Notes under the pieces: model-generated
Databases searched by the model: none
What the model saw: the letters and a program-made list of their open reading frames with translations, nothing else
Told to the model about the DNA's origin: nothing
In this document: in pieces, positions 61,004 through 64,000 of the stretch
Position numbering within the stretch: the first letter of the stretch is position 1
How the letters are laid out: each line of letters starts with the position of its first letter
Translations under genes and position numbers: made by a program
Assembly: GCA_964187785.1 (NCBI GenBank)
Contig: OZ076413.1
Coordinates: forward strand, 42,968,001-43,032,000
Reading direction: 5' to 3'
Length of the DNA stretch: 64,000 nucleotides
Origin: Amphiscolops sp. MND2022
Lineage: Eukaryota

Positions 61004-61174
61004 TGGCCCATTGGTTAACACGGATTCCCGGTTCTGGTGACGAGAAGCAGGAGTACGTTGGTTCGAGTCCCACACTAAACCAAGTAAATGTAGAGTAACG
61101 ACCGAAGGGTCCCGCAACGTTTAGAGTGACTGTAATAGTCGGGCTCTTTTAACAATAAAAGCGCCGACTAAAAA
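61004..61174. mobile_element. tRNA-like segment (+) next to a family A HINE 5' terminus (-)
   Basis: TGGCCCATTGGTTAA..GCAGGAGTACGTTGGTTCGAGTCCC, then agtcgggctc..aaaagcgccgactaaaaa. Confidence 0.55.
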
Positions 61175-61365
61175 CCGGGCGGAATTCTGAACTGTCAAAC
61201 TGAAAAAAAAAAGGTTTTTGGTTTGGTTTTTGATTGAAGTCCTTTTGTCCAAACATTTTTAAAATTTTCCAAGAAAAATTTGTAGTGTGTGGGGTGAGGG
61301 AGTAACAGAGAAACCTATATTTTTCAATATACTCTGAAATTCTCAAACGTTTAGATCTTTTTCAG

Positions 61366-61614
61366 GAAAAGCTGCGTAAAAATGAAGCAGCGCGTCGAAC
61401 TTTCGTGGGTTTCGCCCAAACCTCTCTGGGCGGATACACCATTGTGGCCAAAGTTTTATACTGCGGGGGTGTGTTCGCGAGAGTTCCTGGAAACAGCGAC
61501 GTCGTCTACATCATACGCTCTACACTCCCCTTCATGGCTCTGGGAGCCGGTCTAGTCAACATGATCAGGGATCTTTTTCCCCGCTTTACACCAAAAAATC
61601 ACAGAAAAAAGTAA
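61366..61614 (+). CDS. Candidate exon of an unidentified + strand gene
   Basis: tttttcag acceptor and a GC-rich open frame EKLRKNEAARRTFVGFAQTSLGG...RFTPKNHRKK, ending at TAA or a gtaatt donor. No domain recognised. Confidence 0.4.
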   Translation, partial: EKLRKNEAARRTFVGFAQTSLGGYTIVAKVLYCGGVFARVPGNSDVVYIIRSTLPFMALGAGLVNMIRDLFPRFTPKNHRKK

Positions 61615-62278
61615 TTAATATGGTTTTTATAAGATGAAATATGAATCAAGAGACGAAATTTGTTTTATGTTTGTATCAAAATTGAATCCTTTAATGATCG
61701 GATTTGATTGACAATGCTTTTTGTCGAATCAAAGCGTTTGGATAAAATTTTACCAAGTAAAGCAGAAAATTTTATTTTTGATCATTTTGGCAATTCAATT
61801 CTCAGATTTTCTTGCATTAAAAAAACTCACGTATGTCTCTCACACTATGGGATTTTGTTTTCTATGAAGAAGACAATACATGATAAGGAAAACATGCATT
61901 AAATATAATGGAGAAAAGCGCCCTTCCACTTTCAGCGCATTGGGCATTCAACAGAGCAAAAAACCTAATAAAGCAGCAAAAGGGTTTTTCCCTAACCTTC
62001 CCAGCTTTTCTTCCCGGAAGGATGGGCAAGAAAAAACAAAGCTGACAGTGTACCGAGCATTGGGAACATCTGTCGATTTGATCTTCCTTGGAGCTCAAAT
62101 GCTGAGTATAGCATTTCTGTGTGTCAAACATTGTAAATGAAAAATGAACAATCAAACTGTGCAGAGTTTCTTCATTTTTTGATATTCACTTTCAGTAACT
62201 CAGATTGAATAAAATAACAACAAATACAGAGACAGTTTTACCTTCTAACCTGTCAGTGGTGTTTCATAATACTTTGGG

Positions 62279-62743
62279 TTTTAGGAGTCGGAAAAATTTT
62301 TGACTACTTATGCCTTCGTACCTTTTCTCGCGACCTGTCAGTTGAAAATTTCAAATTTTTGAAAAATTGTTCATACGTTTTTTATAATAATTACCACAGT
62401 CATTCTACAGCTAGAGGTGCTCCTGCTTGCGCAGTGACTTCAAAATCGTATCACTGGGATCCGAGAAACATCCGGAATCAGCCAAAAATGACCTAAAAAC
62501 AGCCACTTCGGGATTTTTTGATTGTCTCAAAAATTGTGATTACGATTTGAACGATTCTGTTTACAAGCTTGCACCGTATTAGGGTTCTCTGTGTGCAATG
62601 ACATCAAAATCGTTTGACTGGGATCTGAGCTAAGAAACAACCAAAATTAGTCCAAAAATGACCAAACGACAATAAAATGTGTACCTTGTTTTACAAAACT
62701 TTAATTCGTTTCCGACTCCTTTACCGAACATGCAACTCCGGTT
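62279..62743 (+). mobile_element. HINE/DINE-1-like element, family C
   Basis: TTTTAGGAGTCGG..TTTGACTACT ... CCGACTCCTTTACCGAACATGCAACTCCGGTT. Confidence 0.7.
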
Positions 62744-63223
62744 GTACTTTGCCTGCAAATAGCAAAGAAGTGAACCATCTTCCATGTTTTCAAAACAAAA
62801 ACTACCATATAGAAATAGGAAAAAATTGAGAATCCAACTGAGAGGAGCGAAAATTGAGTCAAAACACTTGTTGTGTTATATCCAAGAACTGAGAAATGAG
62901 GATTTTTGTGGTTAAGAGCTGCAAGACGCAGTGGTAATGATAATTGTTGAATTGTTGACGCGATCAATCTTTATATTGGAACAACAAAAATAATCTGATA
63001 GAAAGTACAAATGAACGTGAGAAATGTTTTTGCCTCTTTCCCAACGGCAAAAAAAGTTTCATGGGGCTTCTTTGCTACTAAACCTCATTGAAGCAATGAG
63101 TATGATTCATTTGCCCAATTACCAGAAAACTCAACACAAGAAAATTCAACACAGAAAATTGAAAACGTGAAAACTCAACACAAGAAAACTTATCCCATTT
63201 GAATTTAAAAAAAGTCCTGAAGT

Positions 63224-63393
63224 GGCCGTTTTTAGGTCATTCTTGGCTAGTTCGGTTTTTCGGATACCAGTAATACGATTTTGAAGTCACTGCGCAAGCA
63301 GGAGCACCTCTAGCTGTAAAATGACTGGGTAAATATTATAAAAAACGTTTCAACAATTTTTCAGAAAGTTGAAATTTTCTAAGTGACCTGTCG
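63224..63393 (-). repeat. Inverted internal fragment of family C
   Basis: Reverse-complement match to ~62330-62505, for example gaagtcactgcgcaagcaggagcacctctagctgta. Confidence 0.7.
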
Positions 63394-63657
63394 TGTAACT
63401 CACTTTTCACGAAGGTTGTGTAAAATAGCCTGGCAAAAAGATGACAGCTATTACGAAATAAAGGGGAAGCTGAACGAACTCGTAACTCTTGGAAGTTTCG
63501 TTTTACACGATAAAATCTAAATATGGCATTGATATAACAAATGTGAACCAAATTCACCAGTTGGTTCTGAGTATGTGTTTGTGATTGTTTTCATATGAAG
63601 ATTGTTGAATTTTCCTGTATTTAAATATCATGTGATGAATCCAAACTGTTTTTGCTA

Positions 63658-64000
63658 TTTTTTAGTCGGCGTTTTTCTTAAGAAAAGAGTCGACTATAGT
63701 CATGGCTTTTCGTCAGTGGTTTTTTCAAGACCAAAATAGAACTGAACTGACCAAAATAGTTCTACTAAAAGTTCTACAAAATTTACAGAAGACGCCAAAA
63801 TGTACCTGGTGGCCCAAGGAACTGAACCAAAAAGGTTTCCCGCGTAACATACAATACCGGACGAGACCAAAGGGTCCTCCCTTTCAGTTTTTTTCGGCAT
63901 TGTGGGACTTTTTTTTGAATTTTTTTTTTCGTAAAAGTGTTCCCAATTCACCTATACTTGGAAATTTGAAGTCCTTTTGCTATTGTTGAGCCTTGGATAT
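63658..64000 (+). mobile_element. HINE/DINE-1-like element, family A (runs off the window)
   Basis: TTTTTTAGTCGGCGTTTTTCTTAAGAAAAGAGTCGACT ... gagccttggatat. Confidence 0.7.

Overview
AT-rich, transposon-dense eukaryotic DNA. The BEL/Pao element and GT-AG introns point to an animal, but the species cannot be identified from the sequence. Host genes: the last three coding exons of a ubiquitin-specific protease (USP, peptidase C19) on + (590-779, 5143-5413, 7101-7176), a multi-exon C2H2 zinc-finger gene on - (about 32.4-47.1 kb, possibly extending further up), and weaker candidate exons at 48-49.7 kb and 56-62 kb. Retroelements: a decayed BEL/Pao element with both LTRs (9321-18592, -, TSD TTATC), two decayed Mag-like Ty3/Gypsy elements with both LTRs (22292-27536 +, TSD GTGTG; 33974-39652 -, TSD ATCGA) and a truncated Gypsy remnant (about 50.4-51.75 kb). 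Non-autonomous elements: three DINE-1/HINE-like (Helentron-type) families, some carrying tRNA-derived segments; two TA-flanked Tc1/mariner-type MITEs; nested foldback MITEs; SINE-like tRNA heads; and a degenerate ~175-185 bp satellite. Most notable observations: (1) the BEL element carries two extra decayed ORFs upstream of gag, one resembling an SGNH/GDSL fold; (2) its LTRs contain perfect multi-unit heat-shock elements; (3) a MITE with a 9-bp TSD carries an inverted, uninterrupted copy of the sequence it inserted into. All calls were made by eye; no database searches were run.
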